A stretch of DNA of 64,000 nt, taken from positions 66,235-130,234 of the forward strand of contig JBAYUQ010000001.1 in NCBI GenBank assembly GCA_041675005.1, given 5' to 3'. A program made the translations under genes and the position numbers. The stretch is from Candidatus Kapaibacterium sp. (GTDB lineage Bacteria > Bacteroidota > Ignavibacteria > Kapaibacteriales > UBA2268). Position 1 is the first letter of the stretch; every line of letters begins with the position of its first letter. Of this stretch, positions 1 to 10,157 are shown in pieces. The notes beneath the pieces were generated by a model, which worked only from the letters and a program-made list of their open reading frames with translations, was not told where the DNA came from and made no database searches.

Positions 1-111
1 AGTCGTCTTTCCTGACCTATAGTTGTCAAACTAATTCTAGCCGAACCCATTTGACTGCTACAAATATAGCAATAATTAATTAATTATTAACATATTTAGG
101 GAGTAAAAATT
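1..111 (+). promoter_or_regulatory. Conserved leader/promoter element, copy A (probably truncated by the window edge), upstream of cassette A.
   Basis: ~90% identical to 50286-50401 and 54076-54193 (motif agtcgtYtttcctgacctRtagttgtcaaactaattct...ccgaacMcatttgac...acaaatatagcaataatta...ttattaacatattt). Contains a TTGTCAAA/TTTGAC inverted repeat. TTTG and TAatTAtT boxes ~19 nt apart resemble a Bacteroidota-type -33/-7 promoter. Confidence 0.6.
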
Positions 112-1692
112 ATGAAAAAGTATATTATACTATTCATGCTTCTTTTAGGAGCAAGTAACCCACTTTATAATCAAATTGATTCTATTTGGATAGGGAATTC
201 GCCAGAGCCATGTATTACAACACACATAGATAATGATACTTGTTACAGGACGAGTGGTTGGGTAGGTCCAATGACAGATACTATTCGTGGTATTTATGGG
301 GATCCAAATTGTAATCCCAATTGTTACTTTGTAGTTGTGTATTATGAAAGATTTGATACACTTAATACTCAATGTTACGGTGAGGAATATAAAGAATACC
401 AAGATGATGAAGTACAGTCTTATTACCCTTTTATTTCAGGTATTTATTGGTATGGAGAAGACGATTGTTACGAATGTGAATCTGATAAATTGGAACTTTA
501 TTTTATTGAGAATTTTTATAAAGATGCAGAAGAGGAAATGCCAGGTATAATAAACAACTTATCGGTTTGTTATTTTGGTGGGATAAGAGTCCATTGCGAA
601 GGTATTGCAACACAATATTATACTATAGGAAAATGTTACGATAATGACGGTAAAGAATGTGATAAGGGTACTCAACGGTGTTGCACAAATAGAATAAATG
701 TAAATTCAGATGCAACAGATACATTAAATAGACAAGTGGATTCTATTACTTACTTCCCAGGTGGTAGTGGTCCTCTTCCCCCTTGCCCTGGTAGTTGCGA
801 AGATGGATGTGACCCCAAAAAGAAAAGCTTGTTAGCAGGGCTATCTACTTGCGCTATTCCTTGTAATGAGGGGCTATGGATAGCAGATTCATCTGAAACA
901 ATTACAATTGATTCATTGCTTACTGGTTGTAGTGGATGTACGATTAAAATTCATTATAGTTATCGAAATAACAATAATCCTTCTTGTCCAGACAATTACA
1001 AAGATGCACGGTTCGATTCTATTTCCTATGACTGTCTTGATAATAGCTGTATAGATCAACTAACCCCAGAGGAAATGGTTGCTTATGTGAATGAGTGGCT
1101 TTTAAAATATAGCATAGTAAATAATGTACCACTAGGTGGATGTAGAGATAATTATAGATTAGTGAATGCTCTCTGTGTTACTGACTTTGACACAATATCC
1201 CATACAGGATTGGGTGATTGTAACCCTTTATATAATGATCAGCTAGGATGTTGTTGGGGCAGATATTTAGTTTGTCAAGTAGCACCTAATGAATATACTG
1301 CGGTGAAAATAGATGGTTCTGAAATGATTGGTGATACTTGCGTTTGGTTTACTCGCCCTTGTATACCTATTTGTGATAACGTTTATAATAGTATAATGAG
1401 CGACCCTAATGATCCTTTTGGAGAGAATACTTTCGAGGACGTATATAGGGCAATGGAAACAATTGAAAAAGCAGAGAGCTATGTTGTCTCTTCAGTTAAT
1501 GAAGGGATAAATGTATATGATAAAATAGGAAGAGAAAGTAAGGTTCTTATATATGATTTATTTGGCAAGTTAGTCGGAAATGAGAATACACTCCCTATTA
1601 TGTATCAACACTTAGTTAAGGGTACGTACTTTATAACTGTAAAAGTAGGTAATAATGTTTTAAAAATCTATAAAATCTATATAGAAAAATGA
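112..1692 (+). CDS. Cys-rich secreted protein (~38 Cys) with a T9SS-like C-terminal sorting domain; cassette A, gene 1.
   Basis: N-terminal signal peptide. Dense Cys motifs; module GCSGCTIKIHYSYRNNNNPSCP is shared with the Cys-rich proteins at 43036, 54194 and (weakly) 50402. C-terminus ...IYDLFGKLV...GTYFITVKVGNNVLKIYKI is T9SS-CTD-like. Confidence 0.75.
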   Translation: MKKYIILFMLLLGASNPLYNQIDSIWIGNSPEPCITTHIDNDTCYRTSGWVGPMTDTIRGIYGDPNCNPNCYFVVVYYERFDTLNTQCYGEEYKEYQDDEVQSYYPFISGIYWYGEDDCYECESDKLELYFIENFYKDAEEEMPGIINNLSVCYFGGIRVHCEGIATQYYTIGKCYDNDGKECDKGTQRCCTNRINVNSDATDTLNRQVDSITYFPGGSGPLPPCPGSCEDGCDPKKKSLLAGLSTCAIPCNEGLWIADSSETITIDSLLTGCSGCTIKIHYSYRNNNNPSCPDNYKDARFDSISYDCLDNSCIDQLTPEEMVAYVNEWLLKYSIVNNVPLGGCRDNYRLVNALCVTDFDTISHTGLGDCNPLYNDQLGCCWGRYLVCQVAPNEYTAVKIDGSEMIGDTCVWFTRPCIPICDNVYNSIMSDPNDPFGENTFEDVYRAMETIEKAESYVVSSVNEGINVYDKIGRESKVLIYDLFGKLVGNENTLPIMYQHLVKGTYFITVKVGNNVLKIYKIYIEK

Positions 1693-3050
1693 AAACATCA
1701 TTAATAATAATAACATTTATGCTTCACTCATCACTTTTTTGTGGTGAGTGGACTAATTTAAGTAATCTAGGAACGAGTTTAGTAGCACCTAAAGTTGAAG
1801 CTGTTAATGATAATGTGATGATCTCTGGAAATGTTGGTGGGATTATCCCTCATGTATTCAAATCAACTGATAGAGGAGTGACCTGGGAAATTGCCTTAGA
1901 TGATTCTGTTAAAAGAGATGAGACTGGAAAAGTTATATATCATCCTAGAAGAATGAATGATTTTAAATATATGACTGAAGACCACGCTTTTATAATGAAT
2001 GAAGGGACTTTATATTGGTACACTTCTGATGGAGGGGACACTTGGTTTCAAGATAGTATTATAGATGGTTCAAAAGGTGGGGTAAATCGATACATAAATT
2101 TTAACTCTAAAGGATATGGTGTTACAAGTATTTATGACTTATACCTTACAAAAGATTGGGGTAAGACTTTTGAGACTATTGAAATAAAAAGTGAAACCGA
2201 TACTTTGATTAATAAATCAGTTTATGATGATTTAATAATTACAGATGATGGATTAATATTTGGAGCAGGATATTATATAGTAAAGCCATATCATGAAGAT
2301 AATAAACTATTCACTGTACTATCTAAAGACTTAGGTAAAACTTGGGAAGTTAGTTCTATTCTTGAGAAAAGAATGAATGCATACACCCAATTATCGAATG
2401 GAAATATAATTGCAGTTGGTTCAGAACAAACCAAACCAAACGCATCAACGTTCAAAGATATAATACAAATATCTACTGATGGAGGATATAGTTGGGAAGT
2501 TGTTTTAGATACTTTATCATCTCCTAGTAGTATATTATGGGATGTCGAATTTATCAATGACAATGATGGAATTACTTTTTCTCCGGGTTTCTCGAAGTTA
2601 TTAAGAACCTCAGATGGTGGTAGGACTTGGTACAGGGATTATGGAACTTATGATTTACCAGAATCACCTGAGGATTATGCTTATCTTCCGAATGGAGAAA
2701 TACTAGCAGTTGATAGAGCAGGAGAGGTCTCCAAATGGTCTGACCCAGTACTTAGTGTGGAAGATGATAGCAAGTTCAATACTGAACCAAGCATCAAACT
2801 TTATCCAAATCCATTATCAATAAACGAACCTTTAAATATAGAGTTCTTACCTCGTTATTTAGGACAAATAGAACTTTCAATAATAGATATAACAGGCAAA
2901 AAGTTAAGTTCATATACTTTAGATATAATAGGAAATAACAAACAAACATTAACCTATAAACCTGATAATGATCTAACTTCGGGTACATATTTCATCCAAA
3001 TCGGCTATAAGAACGGAATAGCTGAAAGACAAAAGTTTGTGGTGGAGTAA
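1689..3050 (+). CDS. Asp-box/BNR-repeat beta-propeller protein (Ycf48/sialidase-like fold) with a T9SS C-terminal domain; cassette A, gene 2.
   Basis: Six repeats of the STDRGVTWE / SDGGDTWF / TKDWGKTFE / SKDLGKTWE / STDGGYSWE / TSDGGRTWY type. C-terminal KLYPNPLS...GTYFIQIGYKNGIAERQKFVVE is a Por_Secre_tail. ATGA start/stop overlap with the upstream gene indicates translational coupling. Confidence 0.8.
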   Translation: MKTSLIIITFMLHSSLFCGEWTNLSNLGTSLVAPKVEAVNDNVMISGNVGGIIPHVFKSTDRGVTWEIALDDSVKRDETGKVIYHPRRMNDFKYMTEDHAFIMNEGTLYWYTSDGGDTWFQDSIIDGSKGGVNRYINFNSKGYGVTSIYDLYLTKDWGKTFETIEIKSETDTLINKSVYDDLIITDDGLIFGAGYYIVKPYHEDNKLFTVLSKDLGKTWEVSSILEKRMNAYTQLSNGNIIAVGSEQTKPNASTFKDIIQISTDGGYSWEVVLDTLSSPSSILWDVEFINDNDGITFSPGFSKLLRTSDGGRTWYRDYGTYDLPESPEDYAYLPNGEILAVDRAGEVSKWSDPVLSVEDDSKFNTEPSIKLYPNPLSINEPLNIEFLPRYLGQIELSIIDITGKKLSSYTLDIIGNNKQTLTYKPDNDLTSGTYFIQIGYKNGIAERQKFVVE

Positions 3051-3074
3051 CAAACTCCAACAAAATATAAACAC

Positions 3075-3101
3075 AAAAAAGCTCCCTCGGGAGCTTTTTT
3101 G
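3075..3101. terminator. Bidirectional rho-independent terminator between convergent genes.
   Basis: aaaaaaGCTCCCtcGGGAGCtttttt: GC stem flanked by an A-run and a T-run. Confidence 0.7.
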
Positions 3102-3106
3102 TTATT

Positions 3107-3913
3107 CTAAATCCCCAACTCCAACACAATAGGGCAGTGGTCTGAGCCGAGTTGCTTGGGCTGATGATAGGAGTTCTTCACTTGCATTAGCAAATCATTG
3201 CTCACGAAGTGATAGTCTATTCTCCATCCTACATTGTTTTCTCTTGCTCTGCCACGCGGTGACCACCAAGTGTAGTTATCGCCATCTTTGTTGAATAGTC
3301 GGAACGCATCCGAGTATCCCATAGCAAATATCTCATCTAGCTTCTCTCGCTCTTCGGGTAGAAATCCAGATGTTTTCTCGTTATCTTTTGGTCGTGCTAG
3401 ATCAATTTCTGTGTGTGCGGTATTATAATCGCCGCTTACTATTACTTTCCTACCGTCTTTTCTTCTTTCATTTGCCTTAGCGAATAGTGCATCGTAGAAC
3501 TCTAGTTTGTATTGAACACGTTCTGGTCCTTGCTGTCCATTCGGGAAATAAACATTGAAATATGAAATACCATCTATTCCGATTTCTATTACTCTACCTT
3601 CATTATCAAATTGCTCTACGTCTATACTATCGTTGATATACTCTGGCTCTTTTTTGCTGAATATACCGACTCCGCTGTATCCTTTCTTTATCTTGCAAGA
3701 TGAGAAATGTGAGTTATATCCTTCGGGTGCTAATAAATGTTCGAGTATCTGATCTTTCTCAGACTTAGTTTCTTGCATTAGCAGTAGATCTGGCTTTTCT
3801 TTTTCTACATATTCAAATAGGTCATTAATTTGTACTTTCTCGCCATATCTCAATTTGGGATTCTGTCCTGATATTGATCTATAACCGTTTATATTCCAAG
3901 ATACTATTTTCAT
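3107..3913 (-). CDS. xth: Exodeoxyribonuclease III (EEP-family AP endonuclease).
   Basis: N-terminal MKIVSWNINGYRS and C-terminal SDHCPIVLEL are hallmarks of ExoIII/APE1. Confidence 0.85.
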   Translation of the reverse strand: MKIVSWNINGYRSISGQNPKLRYGEKVQINDLFEYVEKEKPDLLLMQETKSEKDQILEHLLAPEGYNSHFSSCKIKKGYSGVGIFSKKEPEYINDSIDVEQFDNEGRVIEIGIDGISYFNVYFPNGQQGPERVQYKLEFYDALFAKANERRKDGRKVIVSGDYNTAHTEIDLARPKDNEKTSGFLPEEREKLDEIFAMGYSDAFRLFNKDGDNYTWWSPRGRARENNVGWRIDYHFVSNDLLMQVKNSYHQPKQLGSDHCPIVLELGI

Positions 3914-3922
3914 TCTTCTTCC

Positions 3923-4993
3923 TTATTTTATTATATCTTTATCATCATCTTCGGAGATTATACCGAGCTTTTTGGCTCTTTTCTCCCAATTTTTTCTTGC
4001 GAATTGCTGTAAATCTTCTGTAGAGTCATATTCATCCATTATCTCTACACCGAGCAATGTCTCAATTATATCTTCCATAGTTAATATACCAGAGAAGCCT
4101 TTGTATTCATCATATACAGCGGCTATATGCTCGTTGTTGTGGATGAATTGCTCATAAGCCGTAGGTAAAGTGTCATCAATTGAAATAAACCTAATAGGAC
4201 GCTTAAATTTCTCTAATTTGCTTTTCCCTTGTTTTGCTATTATATCGTTTATCAAGTCTTCTTTAATAACATAACCAGTTATATTTTCTACTGATTCTTT
4301 GTACAGCGGAATACGTGTAAAGTGTCTAAACTTCAAATTCTTGAAAAACTCAGTTGCTGTAGTATTCTCATCTTCTGACACTACTACCGTTCTTGGTGTC
4401 ATTATATCGTGTACGGTTATTTCGTCGAACCTGAGTAGGTTCTGTATGATTTGAGACTCTTCCTTGTCGAGTATCCCTTCTGTTTCGCCGAGCATAGTCA
4501 TCATGTGTATATCATAGCGACTGATTTCAGAGCCTTCTTTTTTAGTTTTGAATCTTTTAGTAATGAATGGAGCTAATACTACGAAAGGATATAAAACCCA
4601 TATCATTCCTTGAACAGTATAAGCTATAAATGGTGCAAATTTCTTCCAATATGCAGCCCCTATAGTTTTAGGAATAATTTCAGAAATAATAAGTATAATC
4701 AGCGTAAGTGCAATAGATATGACCGTTAAGTATTCGGCACCCCATATATGTTGGGCTTGCGCGCCAACTCCTGCCGCTCCGAAAGTGTTAGCAAATGTAT
4801 TCAATGTCAAAATGGCTGTTAGTGGTTTATCAACTTCGTCCTTGAACTTCTTTAATTTGAAGGCATAAGGACGGTTTTCCATCACTTCAGCACTGATGAA
4901 GCTATGAGTTGTACTTAGTAAAGCTGCCTCCAGAAATGAACAAAGGAAGGAAAAAAATACAGCTACGAATAAGTAAATTAGTAAGAGTTCCAT
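3923..4993 (-). CDS. HlyC/CorC-family membrane protein (DUF21/CNNM transmembrane region plus CBS pair and CorC_HlyC C-terminus).
   Basis: Four N-terminal TM helices followed by CBS-like region and conserved transporter-associated tail. Confidence 0.7.
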   Translation of the reverse strand: MELLLIYLFVAVFFSFLCSFLEAALLSTTHSFISAEVMENRPYAFKLKKFKDEVDKPLTAILTLNTFANTFGAAGVGAQAQHIWGAEYLTVISIALTLIILIISEIIPKTIGAAYWKKFAPFIAYTVQGMIWVLYPFVVLAPFITKRFKTKKEGSEISRYDIHMMTMLGETEGILDKEESQIIQNLLRFDEITVHDIMTPRTVVVSEDENTTATEFFKNLKFRHFTRIPLYKESVENITGYVIKEDLINDIIAKQGKSKLEKFKRPIRFISIDDTLPTAYEQFIHNNEHIAAVYDEYKGFSGILTMEDIIETLLGVEIMDEYDSTEDLQQFARKNWEKRAKKLGIISEDDDKDIIK

Positions 4994-5045
4994 ATATTTA
5001 GGATTAGTGGTATTAATTTTTTTGAAATATAATCAATACGATTAG

Positions 5046-7232
5046 ATGAACAAACCTATTTCTGATGATTTACCTTTGCAATTTATCAAAGGTATTGGCC
5101 CTAAACGTGCACAAGCGTTAGCAAAAGAAGATATTTATCATGTCATAGACCTTATAAATTATTTTCCACGAGATTATATAAATCGTGATTCTTCTTTTAC
5201 TCTTGCTTCATTGAGCAAAAAACTATTCTTCAGCTCAAATAATATATTTGACTATGAAGAGGATTTTAAAAATGTTGAATATTCATTTATTGTTGATGTT
5301 GTTGATAAATCGCTCCAGAATTTCAGAAATAGACGTAAATTATTCTCACTTTCCGTGAAAGATGATAGTGGTGGAACAGCAAAGATAAATTTTTGGGCGA
5401 ATGTTCATTTCTTTGAAAACACATATAAAGTTGGCGACAAATTATTAATAAGTGGGAAACCTGATAAGACGAAGTTTGGTATTTCATTTACACATCCTGA
5501 AATAGATAAGATAGATTTAGATGAGTTGAAGGAATTCAAAGAGGAAGGGATACTTCCACTTTATAAATTACCTACTTCATTTATCAAGGTTGGTATCCGT
5601 AATCGTGCTTTGAGGGATATGATTCGTCATTGCATCGACAAAAATTTAACTCAAATAAAAGAAACACTTGACAAAGAAATATTAGAACAAATAGACGCAC
5701 CTGATATACAAACAGCAACCGAGAATCTACATTTTCCAGCTAGTACAAACTTACTCAAATTATCGCAAAAGCGGTTCAAATTCGAAGAAATGCTTTTCTA
5801 TCAGCTGACTATACTTTCACAACAAGACAAATTCGTGAAAACCGAGAAAGCTGCACCTATGGGTAAATCACTAACACTAGCTAAGGAGACACTTGCGAGC
5901 TTTCCCTTTGAACTTACTGATGATCAGAAAAATGCTCTAAATATAATCTGGAAAAAGCTGAATTCTACTAAACCTATGAATGTGCTATTGCAAGGTGATG
6001 TAGGCTCGGGTAAGACGATAGTTGCGATTGTGTCAATGATGATGGCGGTGGAAAGTGGTCATCAGACATTACTAATGGCACCGACTGAGATATTAGCAAA
6101 GCAGCACTATAAAACTCTACAGAGTATTTTACCAGAGTCTATCAGAACAGAATTGCTTGTCGGTGGCCTTTCTGCTAAAGATAAAAAAGAAACTCTAGGT
6201 AAAATAGAATCAGGACTTACGAATATTATAATAGGTACTCATGCACTTTTCCAAGATAAAGTTGAGTATAATAATCTTGGATATGTAGTAATTGATGAGC
6301 AACATAGATTCGGTGTTGACCAACGTTCGTTACTTAAAGAACTAGGAAAGAAATCCGGTGATGAAAGTACAGTTCCGCACATGCTTTTGATGACTGCCAC
6401 ACCGATTCCTCGTACTTTAGCAATGACAAAATATACTGACTTGCAGATAATTTCTATAAAATCAAAGCCAAAAGACAGAAAGGAAATAGTTACTAAAGTT
6501 AGATTTGAAAGCGATTTACCAAAAATATATGAGTTTATTAGAACACAAGTGAAGAAGGGGAGGCAGGCATATATTGTTTACCCTTTGGTTGAGGAATCAG
6601 AGAAACTAGAATTGAAATCAGCTGTGGAACACTATGAATTGCTAAGTAAGCAAGTATTTCCTGAGTTGAGATGTGGTCTTCTCCATGGACAAATGCACTG
6701 GAAAGAGAAAGATGAAGTAATGAAAGATTTCTCAGATAATAAGTACGATGTGCTAATATCAACTACAGTTATAGAAGTTGGGATAGATGTACCTAATACG
6801 ACTGTTATGTTAATTGAGAATGCAGAGAGATTTGGGCTATCCCAATTGCACCAGCTACGTGGTCGTGTAGGTAGGGGAGAACATCAATCATATTGCATAT
6901 TAGTTGCATCGCAAAAGTACAAGCAATTATTTGTTAAAAATCTAACAGATATACCGACAGTAAAAAGACTTAACGCATTGGAATCTACAAGTGATGGATT
7001 TGAATTGTCTGAGATTGATCTTGAACTTCGGGGACCAGGTGATTTTCTAGGGACTAAGCAGTCAGGTATGCCTGAATTCAAATTTGTGGATATAGTAAAT
7101 GATAAAGACATAATAAACGATGCTAAACGCATCGCAGAGCAATTAATAGACTCTGGCCTACAAAACTATCCCAAAACGGCTAAAACGTACTCTATACATG
7201 AAAAAAAGGGTAATTATATTACTGTTGGTTAG
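5046..7232 (+). CDS. recG: ATP-dependent DNA helicase RecG.
   Basis: Wedge/OB N-terminal domain; Walker A GDVGSGKT; DEQHRFGV motif; C-terminal helicase motifs. Confidence 0.9.
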   Translation: MNKPISDDLPLQFIKGIGPKRAQALAKEDIYHVIDLINYFPRDYINRDSSFTLASLSKKLFFSSNNIFDYEEDFKNVEYSFIVDVVDKSLQNFRNRRKLFSLSVKDDSGGTAKINFWANVHFFENTYKVGDKLLISGKPDKTKFGISFTHPEIDKIDLDELKEFKEEGILPLYKLPTSFIKVGIRNRALRDMIRHCIDKNLTQIKETLDKEILEQIDAPDIQTATENLHFPASTNLLKLSQKRFKFEEMLFYQLTILSQQDKFVKTEKAAPMGKSLTLAKETLASFPFELTDDQKNALNIIWKKLNSTKPMNVLLQGDVGSGKTIVAIVSMMMAVESGHQTLLMAPTEILAKQHYKTLQSILPESIRTELLVGGLSAKDKKETLGKIESGLTNIIIGTHALFQDKVEYNNLGYVVIDEQHRFGVDQRSLLKELGKKSGDESTVPHMLLMTATPIPRTLAMTKYTDLQIISIKSKPKDRKEIVTKVRFESDLPKIYEFIRTQVKKGRQAYIVYPLVEESEKLELKSAVEHYELLSKQVFPELRCGLLHGQMHWKEKDEVMKDFSDNKYDVLISTTVIEVGIDVPNTTVMLIENAERFGLSQLHQLRGRVGRGEHQSYCILVASQKYKQLFVKNLTDIPTVKRLNALESTSDGFELSEIDLELRGPGDFLGTKQSGMPEFKFVDIVNDKDIINDAKRIAEQLIDSGLQNYPKTAKTYSIHEKKGNYITVG

Positions 7233-7608
7233 ACCTTTCATTTAACATCTCCATTGTTAAACCATGTGGTTTAGATCTTCCATTGCCATCCATATTGACA
7301 AATACTATTTTATCAATTGTAACAATAACTGTTTCAGTACCTTTGACTCTAACTAAACACTTCAAAGTTACGGAAGTCCTTCCTAATGAAATAAGCTCAC
7401 ATCCTATTTCTATTATATCTCCTCTGAATGCAGGGCTTACAAACTCTACTTCAGACATATACTTAGTAACGACTTTGTTGTTGTTTAGTTGACATATCAC
7501 AAATATAGACGCTTCTTCATCTATCCATTCCATCAGTACGCCACCCATCAATGCTCCTGAAGGACTCAAATCTGGTGGTTTTACGTGCTTTCTTGTATTG
7601 AATATCAT
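7219..7608 (-). CDS. Acyl-CoA thioesterase, hotdog fold (YciA-like), paralogue 1.
   Basis: ~55% identical to the adjacent ORF; conserved ...WIDEEA.IF...VTKYMSE..F..PA...DIIEIGCE... pattern. Confidence 0.75.
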   Translation of the reverse strand: MIFNTRKHVKPPDLSPSGALMGGVLMEWIDEEASIFVICQLNNNKVVTKYMSEVEFVSPAFRGDIIEIGCELISLGRTSVTLKCLVRVKGTETVIVTIDKIVFVNMDGNGRSKPHGLTMEMLNERSNQQ

Positions 7609-7989
7609 CTATACTTTATCCTTTATCATTTCCAAAGTTTTACCATGTGCTTTCGGTCTTCCATTCGAATCTACATGGACTAAAACAATCTCATCTATCT
7701 TGATAATAGTAGTTTTAGTGTCTTTTACTCTTACTTCGCAGTTAATAGTTATAGAAGTTCTACCTACTTTTACGGTTTCACATCCGATTTCAATAATATC
7801 ATTATTATATGCTGGATTAACAAAATTAATTTCTGACATATACTTTGTAACAATATGATTGTCAGATAGTTGGCACATAGCAAATATAGCCGCTTCTTCG
7901 TCTATCCATTTCAATAATTGCCCACCAAATAGTGTATTCGCTGGATTTAAGTCCGGAGGACTAACTAATTTTCTTGTTTTGAATATCAT
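7609..7989 (-). CDS. Acyl-CoA thioesterase, hotdog fold, paralogue 2 (tandem duplicate).
   Basis: See 7219-7608; the two genes abut head to tail. Confidence 0.75.
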   Translation of the reverse strand: MIFKTRKLVSPPDLNPANTLFGGQLLKWIDEEAAIFAMCQLSDNHIVTKYMSEINFVNPAYNNDIIEIGCETVKVGRTSITINCEVRVKDTKTTIIKIDEIVLVHVDSNGRPKAHGKTLEMIKDKV

Positions 7990-7993
7990 ATTT

Positions 7994-8353
7994 CTATTTC
8001 ACCCAATTTTTCCATTCATTTGGTTCATATCCACAAGTCACATTACGTTCGTATCTGACTATTGGTGTTCTGATTAGATTATTATTTGCTAATATTTCTT
8101 CTTTTATATCGAAAACCATGTATTCTAATCCTTTGTCTTTGTATGCTTTACCGTCAGTATCTAATAAGTTGTCAATTCCAATCTTATTTGAAATATTTTC
8201 AAATTCACCAGGGCTTAGTTCTTTCTCATTCAAATCTCTGAAGTGGGGTTCTATTCTTCTTTCCTTGAAGAATCGGATTGCTTTCTTAGTCTCACTGCAT
8301 TTTTTAGTACCCATTATCTGTATTACCACTAGCTTACCTCTTCTATTTTCCAA
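7994..8353 (-). CDS. ArsC/Spx/YffB-family thioredoxin-fold protein.
   Basis: 119 aa; ...KKCSETKKAIRFF... shows the N-terminal Cys in an ArsC-family context. Confidence 0.6.
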   Translation of the reverse strand: MENRRGKLVVIQIMGTKKCSETKKAIRFFKERRIEPHFRDLNEKELSPGEFENISNKIGIDNLLDTDGKAYKDKGLEYMVFDIKEEILANNNLIRTPIVRYERNVTCGYEPNEWKNWVK

Positions 8354-9333
8354 TTCAGCTTTTTCCCAGAATTAAATGGAACTACATTACCATACTTTTC
8401 AGGTATAGTATATTCTCCTCTGACTAAAGTAACTGTTTTATTATTATAAGATAAGCTGTAGTTTTTCATTGCATTGTCTGATACGAACTTCTGCAAATTA
8501 TCTAGTTTACCATTGCTTTCAAATATATCAGCTAAGTATTGTAGAGCGAAAGGAGATGTAAAACATCCAGCTGAACAATATGCTGATTCTTTCTTATCAA
8601 TCGGATGCGGAGCAGAATCACTACCAAACGAAAGTTTTGGGTGAGCAGATAATGCTGCATTAAGCAAAGCAGATTTATCTTCGGGTCTTTTTGCTATTGG
8701 TTTGCAGAAATTATGTGGCTGCATTAACCCACCTATTACATCATCTAACGTAATACATAGATGTTGTAATGTAACTGTTGCAAATAAGTTATCGTGTTTA
8801 TCTAATAGTTCAACAGCCGCAGCTGTAGTTATATGTTCCATCACAATCATCAGCTTTGGAAATTCAGATGCTAAGTGATCATAGATACCAAGGAACTCTT
8901 GTTCTCTATCCATCACGAATCCGTGTGTTTCACCATGAACTAAGAGTGGAATACCCAATTCTTCCATTATTCTGAATGTATCGAATGCATCTTCAATTTC
9001 CTTGATTCCTTCATCACTATTAGTTGTAGCACCAGCTGGATAGAGCTTAATTGCTCTTATTTTTCCTTTTACTGATTCCAAGAACTCACGACTATATTTC
9101 TTAAAGAAAATAGTCATAAATGGTGTGAAGTTATATCCTTTAACTGCATTATCTATTTCAGATATATAGTTATCTAATCGCTCGATATTATCTACAGGAG
9201 GGACTAAATTAGGCATTATAATACCACCAGAAAAAGTCTCAGCACTAAGAGGTGCAACTAAATCTAGCATCTCACCTTCACGAAAATGAATATGCATATC
9301 AAAAGGGTCTTTTATTATTATCCTATCTGTCAT
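8329..9333 (-). CDS. pyrC: Dihydroorotase, homodimeric class II type.
   Basis: DMHIHFREG metal-binding motif and ...PNLVPPV... match E. coli-type PyrC. Confidence 0.8.
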   Translation of the reverse strand: MTDRIIIKDPFDMHIHFREGEMLDLVAPLSAETFSGGIIMPNLVPPVDNIERLDNYISEIDNAVKGYNFTPFMTIFFKKYSREFLESVKGKIRAIKLYPAGATTNSDEGIKEIEDAFDTFRIMEELGIPLLVHGETHGFVMDREQEFLGIYDHLASEFPKLMIVMEHITTAAAVELLDKHDNLFATVTLQHLCITLDDVIGGLMQPHNFCKPIAKRPEDKSALLNAALSAHPKLSFGSDSAPHPIDKKESAYCSAGCFTSPFALQYLADIFESNGKLDNLQKFVSDNAMKNYSLSYNNKTVTLVRGEYTIPEKYGNVVPFNSGKKLNWKIEEVS

Positions 9334-10157
9334 ACTTTTATCAAATTATCATTTTTCTGAATTACAGCTTCTATTATACTAAAGTCCGAAAGTATATCTG
9401 GGCCATTACTAGTAATTGCTATATTATGCTCAAAATGAGCTGACATCTCTCTGTCTTTAGTTACTATTGTCCATTTATCTTCTAATTCTTCTACTTCATA
9501 AGTACCGACATTTATCATTGGTTCAATTGCTATAGTCATACCACGTTTTAGTACTCTTCCTCTACCTTGTTCGCCATAGTTTGGTACTTGGGGGTCTTCA
9601 TGTAGTTTTCGTCCTAAGCCATGCCCAACTAATGACCTAACAACACTGAAACCTCTATCTTCGCAATACTTCTGAATGGCGTATCCAATATCACCAACAT
9701 GATTTCCTATAACACATTGTGCAATTCCTTGGTATAAAGATTCTTTTGTTACTTCCATTAACTCAATTGTTTTAGGAGCAACTTCGCCAATTGCAAAAGT
9801 ATAGGCGTGATCACCATAATAACCATTTTTTAAAACTCCACAATCAACAGAGATTAAATCACCATTTTTAAGTGGTATATCTGAAGGTAATCCATGTACA
9901 ACTGCTTCATTAACGGAGGTTAGTAAAGTACTTGGACAGCCATACAAACCTAAAAATCCAGGATTTGCATCATTATCTCTGATGAATTGCTCAGCCATTG
10001 TATCCAGCTCCTTTGTTGTCATACCTTCTTTGATATGCTCTGCTACCAATGCAAGTGTTTTAGAAACCAGAGTTGCAGATTCACGCATTAACTCTATTTG
10101 TGATGGACTTTTATAATGTATCATTTTAATAACTCCAATTGTCTGAGTTTTAGTCAA
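9330..10157 (-). CDS. map: Methionine aminopeptidase type I.
   Basis: Pita-bread fold motifs: ...GYYGDHAYTF..., HGLGRKLHEDPQVPNY. Confidence 0.85.
   Translation of the reverse strand: MTKTQTIGVIKMIHYKSPSQIELMRESATLVSKTLALVAEHIKEGMTTKELDTMAEQFIRDNDANPGFLGLYGCPSTLLTSVNEAVVHGLPSDIPLKNGDLISVDCGVLKNGYYGDHAYTFAIGEVAPKTIELMEVTKESLYQGIAQCVIGNHVGDIGYAIQKYCEDRGFSVVRSLVGHGLGRKLHEDPQVPNYGEQGRGRVLKRGMTIAIEPMINVGTYEVEELEDKWTIVTKDREMSAHFEHNIAITSNGPDILSDFSIIEAVIQKNDNLIKV

Noticed and set aside
145-550. Short ORFs overlapping or antisense within the first Cys-rich gene (145-402 minus strand, 335-550 plus strand), and many similar 60-140 codon ORFs inside larger genes throughout the window (e.g. 2291-2563, 11474-11863, 13322-14158, 46180-46581, 48294-48704, 58004-58195).
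   Set aside because: They are low-complexity, AT-rich frame artefacts embedded in well-supported longer genes on the other strand or frame; they lack signal, motif or conserved context.
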